In this document: positions 28,149-39,846 of the stretch, piece after piece
Numbering within the stretch: the stretch's first letter is position 1
Layout: the number at the start of each line of letters is the position of its first letter
Assembly (NCBI RefSeq): GCF_003918875.1
Contig: NW_025766002.1
Span: forward strand, 1,240,001-1,304,000
Reading direction: 5' to 3'
Length of the DNA: 64,000 nt
Source of the DNA: Haliotis rubra
Lineage: Eukaryota
The notes under the pieces: model-generated
Database searches by the model: none
The model's input: the letters and a program-made list of their open reading frames with translations, nothing else
Told to the model about the DNA's origin: nothing
Translations under genes and position numbers: made by a program

Positions 28149-29582
28149 TCAGCACCACCCAGGACTCCAGGCGCCATTGAAATATTTGGGATTGGAAGCT
28201 GGATCTGGTGCTGGGTCTTGTGCTGGAACACGGCTCTTCTTGTACTCATCCAGCTTCTCTATCATCACTGCAGCTAGTTCTGGATACTTGGCTATTATGT
28301 CTACATGCTCTGTTGGATCCTCTGTGATGTTGAACATCATGTATGGCGGGAACTCCGTATCGTCAGCTTCATATACACTCATGTCCATTCCTAACTTTGG
28401 CAATGGTGCCCAGTTGTTATACTTGCCAGGACTTCCTTGTATAAGTTTCAGATGACCATGTCGGATAGCTGATGTATTTGTCATATCGTATATGTTGTAG
28501 ACAAATCCGTCCCGCTTGCTCTTCCCACCGTTAATGAGCATGTCGTACTGACTGACTCCGTCCATGTTCGGATCTGTGTTTTCTCCACCAGCCAGCTCCA
28601 ACAATGTCGGGTACCAGTCCACAGCATGCATCATTTCCGTGTTGACATAGCCCGTCTTCTTCAAGAGATTCTTACTGTAGATGAAAGCAGCTCCTTTCGT
28701 GCCCCCTTCCCACAACGTAGACTTAGCTCCTCGTAGAGGCAGATTGTTGGCTGCGTCAAAGTAAGGTCCACCATTGTCAGATGTGAACACAAGAAGTAAA
28801 TTATCCATAAACCCTTCTTCTTCAAGACTCTGAACAACCCTTCCAACAGCCTCGTCCAGGGCAGTTACCATACCACAATAAATCCTTCGGTTAATGGTCT
28901 CGATGTTCTTGTACATATCCTCAAACCTCTTGGGTACCTCGAGCGGTACATGCACAGACTGGAACGGCAGGTATAAGTATAATGGCTTGGATTTATCGTG
29001 AGTCTTGATGATTTCAATGGCACGTTCAGTGTACACATCTGCTGAATACTTCCCCTTGTCCTCTCTGTCCACCTCCTTATTTCTCCGGAAGTCCACACCA
29101 GTCATGTTCATTTCGGACCTCGTGTGATTGTAGTAGCCCTCCTTACCTGAATAATAGCCAACGAAAGAATCAAAGCCTCTTTCAGTTGGTGTGTACTTCC
29201 AGTTGCAGAATCCCAAATGCCATTTCCCAACGATATGAGTGGCGTAGCCCAAAGCTTTCATTCTCTGCGGTATGAGTGTGAAGTTTATCGGCAAGTACTT
29301 GGGTTCCACCACAAACACTACTTGATCCTGTAGTCCAGTGTGATAGGGATAGTATCCCGACATGAAGCAATTTCTGGAGGGTGAACACAGTGGCTGGACG
29401 TAAGAAGAGTTGAGGATGACACCAGCTTTGGCCAGTCTGTCCAGGTTAGGTGTGATCATGTCTGGATTGTGCCATCCAACGTCATTCCAGCCGAGGTCGT
29501 CAGCGACGATGAATACAACGTGAGGGGGACTACATGTCGCTAATGTAAAAGTCATTAGAAGGAAAATACCAGTGGAAATCAT
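28149..29582 (-). CDS. ARSB-like: Arylsulfatase B/I/J-like sulfatase, gene 1 (477 aa, intron-free CDS, signal peptide)
   Basis: First ATG at 29582 (the ORF track starts at a TTG). Hydrophobic N-terminus MISTGIFLLMTFTLATC. Motifs IVADDLG, CSPSR (FGly Cys), GKWHLG, RGFD, QSVHVP, SDNGG, RGAKSTLWEGG; C-terminus GAWSPGWC. Confidence 0.95.
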   Translation of the reverse strand: MISTGIFLLMTFTLATCSPPHVVFIVADDLGWNDVGWHNPDMITPNLDRLAKAGVILNSSYVQPLCSPSRNCFMSGYYPYHTGLQDQVVFVVEPKYLPINFTLIPQRMKALGYATHIVGKWHLGFCNWKYTPTERGFDSFVGYYSGKEGYYNHTRSEMNMTGVDFRRNKEVDREDKGKYSADVYTERAIEIIKTHDKSKPLYLYLPFQSVHVPLEVPKRFEDMYKNIETINRRIYCGMVTALDEAVGRVVQSLEEEGFMDNLLLVFTSDNGGPYFDAANNLPLRGAKSTLWEGGTKGAAFIYSKNLLKKTGYVNTEMMHAVDWYPTLLELAGGENTDPNMDGVSQYDMLINGGKSKRDGFVYNIYDMTNTSAIRHGHLKLIQGSPGKYNNWAPLPKLGMDMSVYEADDTEFPPYMMFNITEDPTEHVDIIAKYPELAAVMIEKLDEYKKSRVPAQDPAPDPASNPKYFNGAWSPGWC

Positions 29583-29870
29583 CTCACGTGTCCTCACCCA
29601 AAGGGTTTTACTGAGTAACAAAATTGATGTTAAGTAGACGACCTCACACCTCGACCCACAGGTCCGATAAGACTGAATCTACCACGTTGAAGTATATGTC
29701 GCAATACATGTCGACACGTCGATGTTATATATTATTCTGACCTGTTTGATAAGGAGAGTCCTTGTTTTAAGTGATTTATAGTTTCATATCAAAGTGATAA
29801 GGCCAAAGTGTAACTGGAAATCAGGGTCAGCCCTGTGCGGACATCTGTGCTCATGGGCACACTATTTATA

Positions 29871-30103
29871 TGGTAATAGTAACGTGTTTATGCTGATTCA
29901 AACAAAAACAAACTTAAAGTGGCATTTGGTAACAATTTACTAGCAATCTGATAGGAATACACACACAACTAGAATATCAACAGTTAAAATGGTAACTGTA
30001 GCATGTTTATTCTGATTCAAACAAAACAAACTTAAAGTGGCATTTGGTAACAATTTACCTGCAAACTGATAGGAATACACACACAACTAGAATATCAACA
30101 GTG
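29871..30103. repeat. ~119-bp tandem duplication upstream of gene 1
   Basis: tggtaa..tgtttat.ctgattcaaacaaaa..ctagaatatcaacagt occurs twice (29871-29984 and 29990-30103). Confidence 0.9.
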
Positions 30104-30204
30104 CCAGAAGGCATGGTCTCCATGTGTACGCCTCTAATCTGATTCTATTACATACACTCAAATGATGATCTGTGTGATTGTATGATCCACCACTGGCGAC
30201 CGCA

Positions 30205-30590
30205 TCAGTCAGTACCTGGTGTAGCCGCCCTCGCACGGAGAGCATCTACTCGTCGTCTCCTCATACTGGCAATCAAGCGTCAACTTCTCATTATCGGTAT
30301 ATCTGCCATTCCTGATGGAATACCTGTGTCGTACAGATGTTGATTAGAGGATCTCTAGCTAGAATTTGTTGTCCAAGATAGTACCAAAGAGTGAGTGAGT
30401 TAAGTTTTACGCCGCTTGTAGCAATATTCCAGCAATATCACGGCGGGGAACACCAGAAATGGGCTTCACGCATTGTACCCATGTGGGGAATCGAACCCGG
30501 GTCTTCGGCGTGACGAGCGAACGCTTTAACCACTAGGCTACCCCACCGCCCTTAGTACCAAAGATGTTAGATGGGGTTCATATTGGGTTA
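30205..30590 (-). mobile_element. Highly decayed Tc1 transposase 3' remnant interrupted by a SINE
   Basis: With the SINE removed, the - strand reads PNMNPI*HLW (SPDLNPIEHLW-like). The end tcagtacctggtg matches the Tc1 at 24975. Confidence 0.55.
30391..30552 (-). mobile_element. tRNA-derived SINE family 1, young full-length copy
   Basis: A and B boxes, (ACTC)n tail, perfect 12-bp TSD tagtaccaaaga at 30379-30390 and 30553-30564. Confidence 0.93.
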
Positions 30591-30880
30591 TGATAATATC
30601 GTCACTATTTTCAAACAATTGTTTTTCACATATTGCTGATCAGATATCATCATAAATATTGTGCTTACACTTGACTTCAAAGGGGACAATGGAATACAAT
30701 AAAGTGATCTATTGTATTCATCATCATACATCGAACTTTGTACGGTGAACCACAATCCCACTTATTCTCAACCCTCAAAATTCGATTTTAAACCATCAAA
30801 GGCAGCTTTTTTGTATTAAAATAAACATATACATGATGGCAGAATTGGTTTATTGAAAACAAATGCTCTACATCTAAGAG

Positions 30881-31045
30881 TGAGTGAGTGAGTTGGGTTT
30901 TACGCCGCTTTTAGCAATATTCCAGCAATATCACGGCGGGGGACACCAGAAATGGGCTTCATACAATGTGCCCATGTGGGGAATCGAACCCGGGCCTTCG
31001 GCGTGACGAGCGAACGCTTTAACCACAGGGCTACCCCACCGCCCC
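30881..31045 (-). mobile_element. tRNA-derived SINE family 1
   Basis: Near-identical to the 30391 copy; TSD ta(c/a)atctaagag. Confidence 0.93.
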
Positions 31046-31074
31046 TAAATCTAAGAGCTTAGACAGCCAAATTA

Positions 31075-31623
31075 TAGTCCGTTTGGCTCAAAAGTGGACC
31101 GATGAATTGCAATCTAATGCGAAAACTAATAAACAGAAAATATTCAATGAAACGCTGATCATAATCAAAACATCATACCCACTCTGTGAGGGTTTTGCAG
31201 AATTTTTGTCCTAAAAATGAAAAAGTTGTTTAACAATCTATCATTAAAATATTGACACAGTTCACTATTTGTTACGAGGGAGGAGTGCAGAGAAAAGGAC
31301 AGCCAGGTGTTAGAGAAGCACGTGCACAAGTACCGACAAAGTTATTGATTCATTAACCTGTGCTGTGCCGTCTCCATCCTTTCTCGAACACCTGGCTGTC
31401 CTTTTCTCTGCACTCCTTCCTCGTAACAAACAGTGAACTGTGTCAATATTTTAATGATAGATTGTTAAACAACTTTTTCATTTTTAGGACAAAAATTCTG
31501 CAAAACCCTCACAGAGTGGGTATGATGTTTTGATTATGATCAGCGTTTCATTGAGTATGTTATGTTTATTAGTTTTCGAGTTAGATTGCAATTCATAGGT
31601 CCACTTTTGAGCCAAACGGACTG
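31075..31623. mobile_element. Foldback MITE (Tc1/mariner-type): 243-bp inverted arms, 63-bp spacer
   Basis: 31075-31317 is the near-perfect reverse complement of 31381-31623; termini (t/c)agtccgtttgg flanked by TA. Confidence 0.9.
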
Positions 31624-31748
31624 TAGATATTGATGTTGGCGCTGTTCAGCCATTACACGCTTGTTCAAGCGTATCTTTCAAATGCGGATAAACATTTTGA
31701 AATGTAGATGTGTTCCTGCAGTAGTATGCTCGAGCAAGTGTCAATGTT

Positions 31749-31818
31749 CACAGCACAGCACAGCACAGCACAGCACAGCACAGCACCAGCACAACACAGC
31801 ACAGCACAGCACAGCACA
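31749..31818. repeat. (CAGCA)n pentanucleotide microsatellite
   Basis: Direct reading of the sequence. Confidence 0.9.
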
Positions 31819-32345
31819 AGACCCGGTAAAGAATTATCTAGGAGGTTTGCGATGTAAGGGAAGGAACTCTAATACCACAGAGCTCACGAAGCGTTAATAA
31901 AATCGTGTATTTGACTACAACACTGAATCAGCGTTCGGTTGTAGAGTTAATATCAGTGCTGTAAATTAAAGTTCAAGACCAGCTCACCACCAGCTCACCA
32001 CCAGCTCACCCAGTCACTGTTAATACTTCTCATTACACCTCCACTTCCTAGACTATTATGGACAACCATTACGGTAAGTTACAATACAGAAAATCGGGTG
32101 CAGTCATTTATGCACTTGTTCCAGGTGTATACTTTTGTTGGTGATCATAAAACAAACAAATAGAACACTCGTCTTGTTTTCCACAGTTGTCACACTGAAA
32201 CCGATGAAATGACTGATCGCTGCAATGTTTTTAATATTTGTGCATGTTTTCCTTGTGTCATTATGAATCGGAACATTTGCAGGACACATGTGTGTTAATC
32301 TGCTATCATATCTATAGACCAAACACGTTTCTAAACTATACTACT

Positions 32346-32521
32346 GACTGACTGACTCACTGACTGAGTTTGGTTTTACGCCGCTTTTAGCAACATTCCA
32401 GCAACACCATGGCGGGGGACACCAGAAATGGGCTTCACACATTGTACCCATGTGGGGATTCGAACCCGGGTCTTCGGCGTAACGGGCAAACGCTTTAACC
32501 ACTAGGCTACCCCACCGCCCC
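32346..32521 (-). mobile_element. tRNA-derived SINE family 1
   Basis: Consensus match; TSD tatactact at 32337-32345 and 32522-32530. Confidence 0.9.
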
Positions 32522-32528
32522 TATACTA

Positions 32529-32726
32529 CTCGTGAAGCACCGGGTTAGAATTGGTCTTTAGCAACCCATGCTTGTCGTAAAACACAACTAACGGGAACTG
32601 GTAGTCAGGCTCGCTGACTTGGTTGACACATGTCATCGTATCCCGATTGTGTAGATCTATGATCATGCTGTTGATCACTGGATTGTCTAGTCCAGACTCG
32701 ATTATTTACAGACCGCCGCCATATAG
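32529..32726 (+). mobile_element. SINE family 2, tail missing
   Basis: Colinear with 19010-19180. Confidence 0.8.
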
Positions 32727-33284
32727 AATGTGAAGAAAGCTCTTCAAAATCAAAGTCATTCTGTCAACAGGGATAAAAACAACAACATACGTATTTAGAA
32801 AAGTATTTAGACGCAGCGAATGTCAGACTTCGCCAAATTTACCTGGCTGACAATCCAATTTAACAATGAGTTTCAACTAGAATGCAGCAAACACACTCAT
32901 TCGTTTTCAAACGGGGTGTTGCTCATAAAATCAAAACCAGGTGTCTTTGTTCCAGACACGATTATAACCAAAAGGATATTTTGTAATTTTAACGTGACTG
33001 ATGTATTTAACGACAAACAACAAAATTTTCAGACACAGAAACTGACGTATTTTACGAGCATTTCTTCGAATTTGAGTTACCTCCCCTTGACCATCAATCC
33101 TAATAGAGCATTCCCGTTCAAAATGTGTATCTCGTCTTGTTGCCATGGCCCATTATGTTGTAATGCTGTAAATGACAAACCCATGTCCGTAACAAGCGTA
33201 TGAAATCAGAAATCTCTGCTAAGAGCGTTTCAACTACATCATAAGTATGTGTTTATGCATTCTGGTATATAACTACTGATGACA

Positions 33285-33497
33285 ATGGGCACAATGTGTG
33301 AAGCTCATTTCTGGTGTTCCCTGCCTTGATATTGCACAAAATGCTTGGTTGACACATGTCATCGGTTCCCAATTGCGCAGATCGATGCTCATGCTGTTGA
33401 TCACTGGAGTGTCTGGTCCAGACTCGGTTATTTACAGACCGCCGCCATATAGCTGGAATATTGCTGAGTGCGGCATAAAACTAAACTCACTCACTTA
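33285..33497 (+). mobile_element. SINE family 1 body fused to a SINE family 2 3' half
   Basis: atgggcacaatgtgtgaagctcatttctggtg (family 1) is followed by cttggttgacacatgtcatcgg...aaactcactcact (family 2). Confidence 0.75.
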
Positions 33498-33962
33498 CTG
33501 TAACCCTGATCAAACCTATTAAAATCTACGTAGTCCCGAAGACAGGAACTGCAGAAACTGCTGCTCACACAGATAACCACGGCATTCCTGGACACATCTG
33601 TCAGGCCATGCCCTAGTTCACTACAGATATAGCTAGTCTAGACACTCGCGTCTGTCGCAATTGCCTGTTACACAACATTCACAGATAACGTAGGTATTCC
33701 ATCACTTACCATACTGTCCAAGAGTCGGTACATGTATGTGGATTAAAGATCGCCATCGAACGTTTGGCTAATCACTCATTAATGCCCAAAACGAGGCTTA
33801 GATTAATATTCAACATTGATTTCAACCATTTAGTTCTTGTTTTGAGACATACGTTTAGTTATAGATTATAGTCTCAGTCATAACAAGCGCAAAAACGGAA
33901 TGCCACTGTTACTCAATTAGGGCTCGTGGTTCTTGGAGCTCTTCCAGCTCTCTCATACCATA

Positions 33963-34247
33963 AGGTGAGGTGAAATGGGGTTTAACGTCGTACTTGGGAA
34001 TATTTCGCTCATATGACGACCTGCATACGTATGTATGTGTGGCTGCTTGTACTAGACCAGACTTAAGCTGGTTTTATAGTGCTAGCCCACTGAGATACCA
34101 TGCCGCAGTGAAGCATGAATACCCCACTCAGACACATTATACTGACTCCGAGCCGACCAGTCCTTGTTGTACCCATTAATGCCGAACGCCAGGCAGGGAC
34201 CATATCTTAACGTCTTTTGGTGTGACGCGGCCGGGGATCGAACCCCT
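33963..34247 (-). mobile_element. SINE family 3 (V-SINE-like), (ACCTC)n-type tail
   Basis: On the - strand: B box ggttcgatccc, then cacaccaaaagacgttaagatatggtccctgcctggcgttcggcattaatggg. The V-domain label is from memory. Confidence 0.8.
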
Positions 34248-34652
34248 CATACCATGAAACATAAAGATGTTCAACAGCATAAACACAAAATGTATCCATT
34301 CCCCATGCTTTATCATTTAGAGATATTCCACGTCATGAATATACCATTAATAGCTAATGTGACGACACGTGAATTACCCAAGGAGAACTACTGCTATGAA
34401 ACATTTTAAATCTTTTGTTCTTTGTAAATCTCTGCAATATTCCATCTGTATGAAAGAGGCCTGGAAATAATTGAAAAATATCGGGGTGACGACCGGAATC
34501 AAGTACCCAGGCCACCTGATATATTAAGCCACACCTCACAAACATTTGTTAATGGAAAGTATTTATAACTTGAAATATAAAGATATGAATTAATGTTCAA
34601 ATGCACCATATTGACAACGAGAATATTCCGAAACCCGTTCCAAGACCTGCAG

Positions 34653-34826
34653 GGGGCGGTGGGCCGTGACCAAGTGGTTAAAGCGTCCTCTCGTCATGCT
34701 GAATACCCGGGTTTGATTCCCCACATGGGTACAATATGTGCAGCCCATTTCTGGTGTCCCCCGCCGTGATATTGCTGGAATATTGCTAAAAGCGGCGTAA
34801 AACCAAACTCACTCACACACTCACTC
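34653..34826 (+). mobile_element. tRNA-derived SINE family 1
   Basis: Consensus match with an (ACTC)n tail. Confidence 0.88.
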
Positions 34827-35379
34827 AAACATTTCCAGGCGTAGCCATCGAGTGCAAAACCTTTTTAGGTATTATTATGTAACAGACATTATCTAACATG
34901 CGACCTGGTTAAAACATTGACGAACCACGCACATATGTGGAGATAACCAGAGAATGTAACACTGATAGCCACATACCATGTCAGGAATTCGTGTCAAGGT
35001 GAACCACACCACCACATGTTTTATCTGCTGTAATATCTGCATTTGGACAAGAATGCGTCATCTGGACGCCGACTCGACTCATCCCATATGGCCTGTTTAC
35101 TGTTAGTGAGTGACCTTATACATATTTATGCATGTCTTGTCCTGGAAGAAAAAGTTGAGCGTGAGCCTTACATAAAAACAGCTCCTTTCAGGGAAGAATA
35201 TTGTCTCCTGTCTCTTGCATGAATTAGCCCCAAATCAGTTATACTTTAAATGACTTTAGTATCATTTCATCATTCCATGTCAATGTGATCAAACGATCAG
35301 TTTCAGTGTTCTTTCCTCAACGCAAGGAAAGTAGGTTATATCTTGAACTTGAAGACCATATACATGTAGTGTCTTTTTT

Positions 35380-36210
35380 ATAAACTGATGTGCAAAAGAA
35401 AGTACACAGATTGCGTTTCTTCCAATAAGATAAAAATAACAAAACCTTTTGATGAAATGGAAAATGTATGTTGAAGCACACTGCAATACACGTGTTTTAT
35501 CAGCAAAATGACATTGTAACAATAAACAGCGATGTATTGATGACCACTGCAGACGGTTCCTACGATGCTGGAAGGTCAAGGCCATTCCACGCAGCGGTCG
35601 GTAGGCCCATACATGCCAGCAGGACGAAGTCGTCTTGTCAATGTGAATCGGCTTACGCGATGACCCAATGATGTGGCTGCTGATGACGTCACCGTCAATA
35701 TCCAGTTGCGTAGGTGAATAACCCGCAGATAGCGATCCTCTTGGGGTGTTGTGACTCTGGAACGTCCACTTCTGGGTCGATCACATGTCTGGCCTGTCGT
35801 ACTGAAACGGTTAAACAGCCGAATTATGGTTTGTCTTGTGCACCACAATGTCCTTGCAATATCGCTGTTGAAAGCACCCATAAGTGGCATTCCTTTGGCC
35901 CGTTCTCGTTGCGCCGACGTCAATCTTGGCATTTCCTCGTGAGATTTCTGTCAAGTGATTGTTCAGTCTTCACGACAAACAGGTTTTATACTCTCTGTCA
36001 GAAAAGTGTTGGTGCATGGGACAATAATCACAATTGTGCAAAAATTCGTGCAAAACACGTACAAATGTTTTTGGTGGCATTTTGGCAAATGAAACATGAT
36101 GGTTGCGTTCTATACAATCAATGTTTTTCAATAATTGTATTAGTTAGAACGCATATTTGGGATTGCAACAACAATTACACCTGTGTACTTTCTTTTGCTC
36201 GTCAGTTTAT
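35380..36210 (-). mobile_element. Internally deleted Tc1-like transposon
   Basis: 30-bp TIRs ataaactga(tgt/cga)gcaaaagaaagtacacag at 35380-35409 and 36181-36210. Retains only the N-terminal HTH region MPRLTSAQRERA...DRPRSGRSRVTTPQEDRYLR (35576-35932). Confidence 0.9.
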
Positions 36211-36304
36211 CTCACTCACTCTCTCACTCATCTGAGTCACTCACTCACTCACTCACCCATCTGAGTCACTCACTTACTCATCTGAGTCAGTCACTCATCT
36301 GAAG

Positions 36305-36454
36305 CAGTCTGTACGAGATGCTCGTCAATGGATTGCAGCAGCTGCAATCAGGTACGGAGATCTCAAGCTCATGCAAGGCAGTCCAGGATCTCAGAATGTT
36401 TGGGTTCCTTTGCTACATCTGACAAGTGATGAAGGTGTCTATGAAGCGGATAAC
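36305..36454 (+). pseudogene. Decayed internal fragment of an arylsulfatase paralog
   Basis: gcagctgcaatcaggtacggagatctcaagctcatgcaaggcagtcc..gatgaaggtgtctatgaagc.gataac matches the AAIRYGDLKLMQGSPG..DEGVYEADN region of genes 2-5, with an internal deletion. Confidence 0.9.
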
Positions 36455-36790
36455 TTGTTTTGTGAGCGTGGAAAACATCAACGAAAGATGTAATTATAAA
36501 ATGCGTTTTGCAATGCTATAATCTGGTATTAAATGGATATTACAAGATATTTTTCTTCAGTCATTTCCAAATGCTGACTACATGTACCTGTCCTAAAATA
36601 CCTATTCTGTAACTTTACCCTACCCGGTTACTTTTCAAAGTAGTACCACGCAGGTCGACAATGAACGCAACACCAGTTACACCGATATTGTTTTTTCATT
36701 CCAAACTAATAGAACGTGGAGATCGTGGTGTATATCGCGACAATGTGACAATCCCATTAGTAAATCACAAAGAAAGAATTCACGACGAAT

Positions 36791-36848
36791 GTTATCTGTT
36801 GGAAACCTTTAAATAGAAGCACACTGCACCACACTGAACAGAAACACA
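36791..36848 (+). promoter_or_regulatory. Conserved proximal element of gene 2: TTATCT (GATA) plus TTTAAATA (TATA-like)
   Basis: TTATCT at 36792 and TTTAAATA at 36808. Homologous blocks lie before gene 3 (46426/47520), gene 4 (52602/52618), gene 5 (60928) and the relic (40489). Confidence 0.5.
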
Positions 36849-38285
36849 ATGAGCCTCCTAAGAGCTGTTTTATTCTGGTTTGTTGTGACTTTCTGTGAGG
36901 GTGCGGAGAAACCTCACATTGTGTTTATCGTAGCTGATGACCTCGGATGGAACGATGTTGGATTCCGGAACCCTCAAATGATCACCCCTAACCTGGACAG
37001 ACTGGCCAAAGCGGGAGTCATCCTCAACTCATCTTACGTCCAGCCTCTATGCTCGCCCTCCAGAAGTTGTTTCATGTCGGGGTATTTCCCTTATCACACT
37101 GGTCTACAAGATGGCGTTGTAAGGATAAACGCAGCAAAATTCCTTCCTGCTAACTTAACAACAATCCCACAGAAACTGAAACAACTTGGTTATGATGCCC
37201 ACATGGTTGGGAAGTGGCACCTTGGCTTCTGTAACTGGAAGTATACACCCACAGAGAGAGGCTTTGACTCCTATCTTGGATTTTACTCTGGTGATGAGGA
37301 ATATTTTACTCACATGACAAATGATGGTAAAGGGGCACTGGATTTTCGCTTCAACAAAACTGCCTATAAAGATGCCAATGGAACCTATTCTGCAAATGTG
37401 TTTGGTAACAGGGCTGTTGAAATCATTGAGAACCACGACGATAGTAAGCCACTCTATCTGTACCTTCCATTCCAGGATGTTCACGGGCCTCTTGAGGTTC
37501 CACCTAAATATGAAAACATGTACAAGAACATAGAAAACCGAAAAAGAAGGATCTATTGTGGAATGGTGAGTGCTTTAGACGAAGCTGTTGGAAACATCAC
37601 GAAGGCATTAGAAGAAAAAGGTCTCATGGACAATCTATTGTTGGTCTTTACAACTGATAATGGTGGCCCTACATTTGTTGCTGCCAATAACTTGCCGTTA
37701 CGGGGAGCCAAAAATACTCTCTGGGAAGGAGGGACGAAAGGCACAGGGTTCATCTACAGTAAATCCCTTCTGAAGAAGACAGGCTACCTCAACACTGGAA
37801 TGATGCATGCTGTGGACTGGTACCCAACATTAGTGGAGTTGGCTGGTGGAGAAAACACTGATCCCAACATGGACGGAGTCAGTCAGTACGACATGCTCAT
37901 CAATGGTGGACCCAGCAAGCGAAATGAGTTCGTCTACAACATCTATGACGAGAGAGAAGCAGCTGCAATCAGGTACGGAGATCTCAAGCTCATGCAAGGC
38001 AGTCCGGGAGATCACAATGGTTGGGCTCCTTTACCACATTTGGGAATTGATGAAGATGTCTATGAAGCTGATAACCAAACGTTCCCTCCCTTCATGCTCT
38101 ACAACATCACTGCAGATCCAACCGAACACTTTGACCTCTCTTCCAAGTATCCTGATCTACTGGACATGATGAAGAAGAGGCTGGAGAACTGGAAGAAGTC
38201 TCGTGTTCCTGCCCAGAACGATTCCCCTGTTCCTGCATCGAACCCTAAGTACTTCGGTGGTGTATGGAGTCCTGGATGGTGTTGA
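36849..38285 (+). CDS. ARSB-like: Arylsulfatase B/I/J-like sulfatase, gene 2 (478 aa, intron-free CDS, signal peptide)
   Basis: Signal-like MSLLRAVLFWFVVTFCEG; motifs ADDLG, CSPSR, GKWHLG, RGFD, QDVHGP, TDNGG, RGAKNTLWEGG; AATAAA at 38384. Confidence 0.96.
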   Translation: MSLLRAVLFWFVVTFCEGAEKPHIVFIVADDLGWNDVGFRNPQMITPNLDRLAKAGVILNSSYVQPLCSPSRSCFMSGYFPYHTGLQDGVVRINAAKFLPANLTTIPQKLKQLGYDAHMVGKWHLGFCNWKYTPTERGFDSYLGFYSGDEEYFTHMTNDGKGALDFRFNKTAYKDANGTYSANVFGNRAVEIIENHDDSKPLYLYLPFQDVHGPLEVPPKYENMYKNIENRKRRIYCGMVSALDEAVGNITKALEEKGLMDNLLLVFTTDNGGPTFVAANNLPLRGAKNTLWEGGTKGTGFIYSKSLLKKTGYLNTGMMHAVDWYPTLVELAGGENTDPNMDGVSQYDMLINGGPSKRNEFVYNIYDEREAAAIRYGDLKLMQGSPGDHNGWAPLPHLGIDEDVYEADNQTFPPFMLYNITADPTEHFDLSSKYPDLLDMMKKRLENWKKSRVPAQNDSPVPASNPKYFGGVWSPGWC

Positions 38286-39680
38286 TATCACTTTCAAGCT
38301 TACACGTCCTGTTGCACAAATGTACTAAACCTACAGGTGTGTTGAAAACTGAGTGTTCACGGCATAACACTTACTTGATTTTAAATAAAGGGAGTAAATT
38401 CCGATGTAAATGTTATATATATGCAGAAACATTTTACTTTTGTGTCAGTCTGAAATATCTGCCAAGTCGGAGTGAGTATCGTAAATTGCATTGCTCTTGC
38501 CAATATCCTAGCAGCAATATCATGACAAGACACGCCAGAAATTGGCTTTCCACAGAGTTCCCAATTAAGGAATCAAACCTCCGGCTATAGTGTGAGAGAA
38601 AATGCCTAAACGACCAAGCTACCCCCACCGTAATTATCTGCAAAAGAGTGTAAGAGCATAATTAGTCATGGAAATTGTACAAAATGATCTCTGATTACCC
38701 GTGATTACGTTCAAAGCGTTAGCATATCCCACTCTTTCGGCAGCACTCAACAGTCACACAATTTCCATTATTAAGTAAGTGCCAAAGAACTCCAAAGTTT
38801 GCTAAGTATGCGTGGTTGGTAATTTCATCTGATTGTCTGCCATAAGATATTCTCAAATAACTATACCATTTTTTTTCTGAATCCTTGACTGAAGAGCTTT
38901 GTTTCTCACTGAAAGTTGGATGTAAAGTACATGTGCTCATGATTGTCAGAAATATACATTCCATAATCTGGAACTGATGATGTACGGCTTACGGCTGGAC
39001 AACCAAAATCATCTTCTCCTGTTATGCAGCTTGTTTTAGAAGCTGACATCACTTTGGATTAATATACATGGAATCAGATATTTCAATGAATACAGTTTCT
39101 CAGAAGATGCTGTAACGACGCCAAAGATCGTATTTACAGCCTTTTGTTAGTCTTGACAACCCATAGAGGTAGTCCTTCGCATAAAGCTTTCAATAACACC
39201 TTTCTCTTATAACGCTAGGAATGATCAAGCCTGTCATGATAATGTATACACCAAGAGGAGAGAAGTCGGATACCACCACTACCATTCTGGAAATCTCCAA
39301 TCAATATTGCTGACCGCGGTTCAAATCTGGCTTCGACAACACAAAGAATGAGCCATGCTTCAGGCCATCTGGTACAACAACCAGACTCACCAGCGTCGTC
39401 CTCGCCTCTTGCAAGCGAAACGATGTAGATTACCCAACTCACGTCCTCATCCTGTAAAATAGAAAAAGATATTGTGTGTGTTTTCCAAATGCAAAATTAT
39501 AGAAAAATTCGACATCACAGGCTATTTATCCTCAATCAGTTTGTAAAGCAGAATGCATATTCTTAATTCTAGACATGGTCTACAAATCCTTTGTTTAATT
39601 TTACTCGACCCTGGTATTTCTGTATAGGGTTGAAATACGTATCACAACACAGGGCCACAAACCCACACAACACCAATTAC

Positions 39681-39846
39681 TACGGAAGCCTATTGGGACC
39701 ACGCTACGCTATTATTCGGCCTCTTTCATCTTGAAACTTAAGTTGAATATTGAAGATAGGATGCTGAATTTTCAAAATACTAAGTTGAATTTTCAAGAAA
39801 CAAGATGCTGAATAATAGCGTACCGTGGCACTAATAGACTTCCGTA
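39681..39846. mobile_element. MITE with ~40-bp TIRs, TAC..GTA termini and a 6-bp TSD (IS3EU-like pattern)
   Basis: tacggaagcctatt..tacgctattattc and its inverse; TSD aattac at 39675-39680 and 39847-39852. The site is empty in the duplicated segment near 40685. Confidence 0.8.

Noticed and set aside
30391-31045. tRNA genes
   Set aside because: The A and B boxes belong to SINE heads: there is no complete cloverleaf, and they carry SINE bodies, tails and TSDs.
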